Source: an uncultured Planctomycetota bacterium (GTDB taxonomy: Bacteria > Planctomycetota > Planctomycetia > Pirellulales > Lacipirellulaceae). From it: a stretch of DNA of 64,000 nucleotides. Made by a program: the position numbers and the translations under genes. Location of the stretch: NCBI GenBank assembly GCA_963719315.1, contig CAVRBU010000012.1, positions 1 to 64,000 on the forward strand, read 5' to 3'. The notes beneath the pieces are model-generated. The model ran no database searches, had not been told where the DNA came from, and was given only the letters and a program-made list of their open reading frames with translations. How positions within the stretch are numbered: position 1 is the first letter of the stretch; each line of letters begins with the position of its first letter. Positions 63,549 to 64,000 of the stretch are shown piece after piece.

Positions 63549-64000
63549 ATGTTTCGATACTTGGTAACTTTGGCGGCGGTGGGATTCATCGCGACCGCCG
63601 CCACAGGCGGCGAGGAACCGGGGCGGGTAACTGACCACGCCGATTTTGCGCTTCAAAGTCCTGTGGTCTCGGACACTAGTTTTGCCGCGTCGTTGGTAGG
63701 CCAGAACGATGCACCGCATGAGCATGCAACTGACGCGGCCGACGATACCGCCGCAGCGGATCTGGCGAGAGTGGCTACGTGCAGCCATGGCACAGAAACA
63801 AGTTGTATTCAACCAGATCGCCCGTTTCACGCCATCGGAGATTGCGGTTGTCACGTACCTTGCCTAGATCGATGGTGTACGTGGGACGTGTTTCAATGTG
63901 ACAGTTGCTGGTGCGTCGACACTCCTTGTGAGTGTGCCCAAGGCAAGAGTCTCCTGACGGAAGACGGCTGCTGGGTTAGCAACGATGCCTGTTGCGACGT
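63549..64000 (+). CDS. Partial exported protein with Cys-rich N-terminal region, possibly an MtrB/PioB-like outer-membrane barrel; runs off the window
   Basis: Open frame from ATG 63549 to the window end (150 codons): MFRYLVTLAAVGFIATAATG signal, then 14 Cys in the last ~75 residues; follows the MtrA-like gene. Confidence 0.65.
   Translation, partial: MFRYLVTLAAVGFIATAATGGEEPGRVTDHADFALQSPVVSDTSFAASLVGQNDAPHEHATDAADDTAAADLARVATCSHGTETSCIQPDRPFHAIGDCGCHVPCLDRWCTWDVFQCDSCWCVDTPCECAQGKSLLTEDGCWVSNDACCD

Noticed and set aside
63843..63854. CGCH in the terminal ORF as a heme site
   Set aside because: CxCH rather than CxxCH, within a generally Cys-rich stretch

Overview
A 64-kb window from a GC-rich bacterium, very probably a planctomycete (Pirellulales/Lacipirellulaceae-like, inferred from a GDYNxNGVVDAADYVLWR + PEP-CTERM protein, a planctomycete-type BON protein and a CsrA-like protein). 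It reads as one large low-oxygen / electron-disposal island. From left to right: an IS30 element nested in an IS5 transposase; csrA-like and a Cys-rich gene; a minus-strand run PFOR(nifJ) - DHODH-like flavoprotein - cNMP protein - maturation protease - hypA - cNMP protein - group 3b [NiFe]-hydrogenase (beta, gamma, delta, alpha) - hypBFCDE; a class III PHA cluster (BON, phasin-like, phaA, phaE-like, phaB, phaC); a globin-coupled PAS histidine kinase with a receiver protein and a sigma54 (NtrC-type) activator; a P1B ATPase; an ArsR-rhodanese-CoADR persulfide module; hypoxia-type genes (cytidylate kinase-like, YbaK, USP, CBS, monoheme cytochrome, Rv2004c-like kinase, fbaB); an IS1182 element; an nfnA relic; and a 19-kb cytochrome block with three heme-c maturation machineries (fused CcsBA, Cys-CcmE type CcmABCDEF, split ResB/CcsA), a PEP-CTERM monoheme protein, a 14-heme extended MtrA/DmsE cytochrome and the start of a signal-peptide, Cys-rich ORF in the usual MtrB position. 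Ten correctly oriented sigma54 -24/-12 promoters and a recurring GTGC(C/G)-Nx-(C/G)GCAC palindrome suggest that one regulon ties the island together. About 15 single frameshifts, several at homopolymers or CG repeats, are most likely long-read assembly errors. No rRNA, tRNA or CRISPR array was seen. All calls are by eye from motifs; no database search was run.
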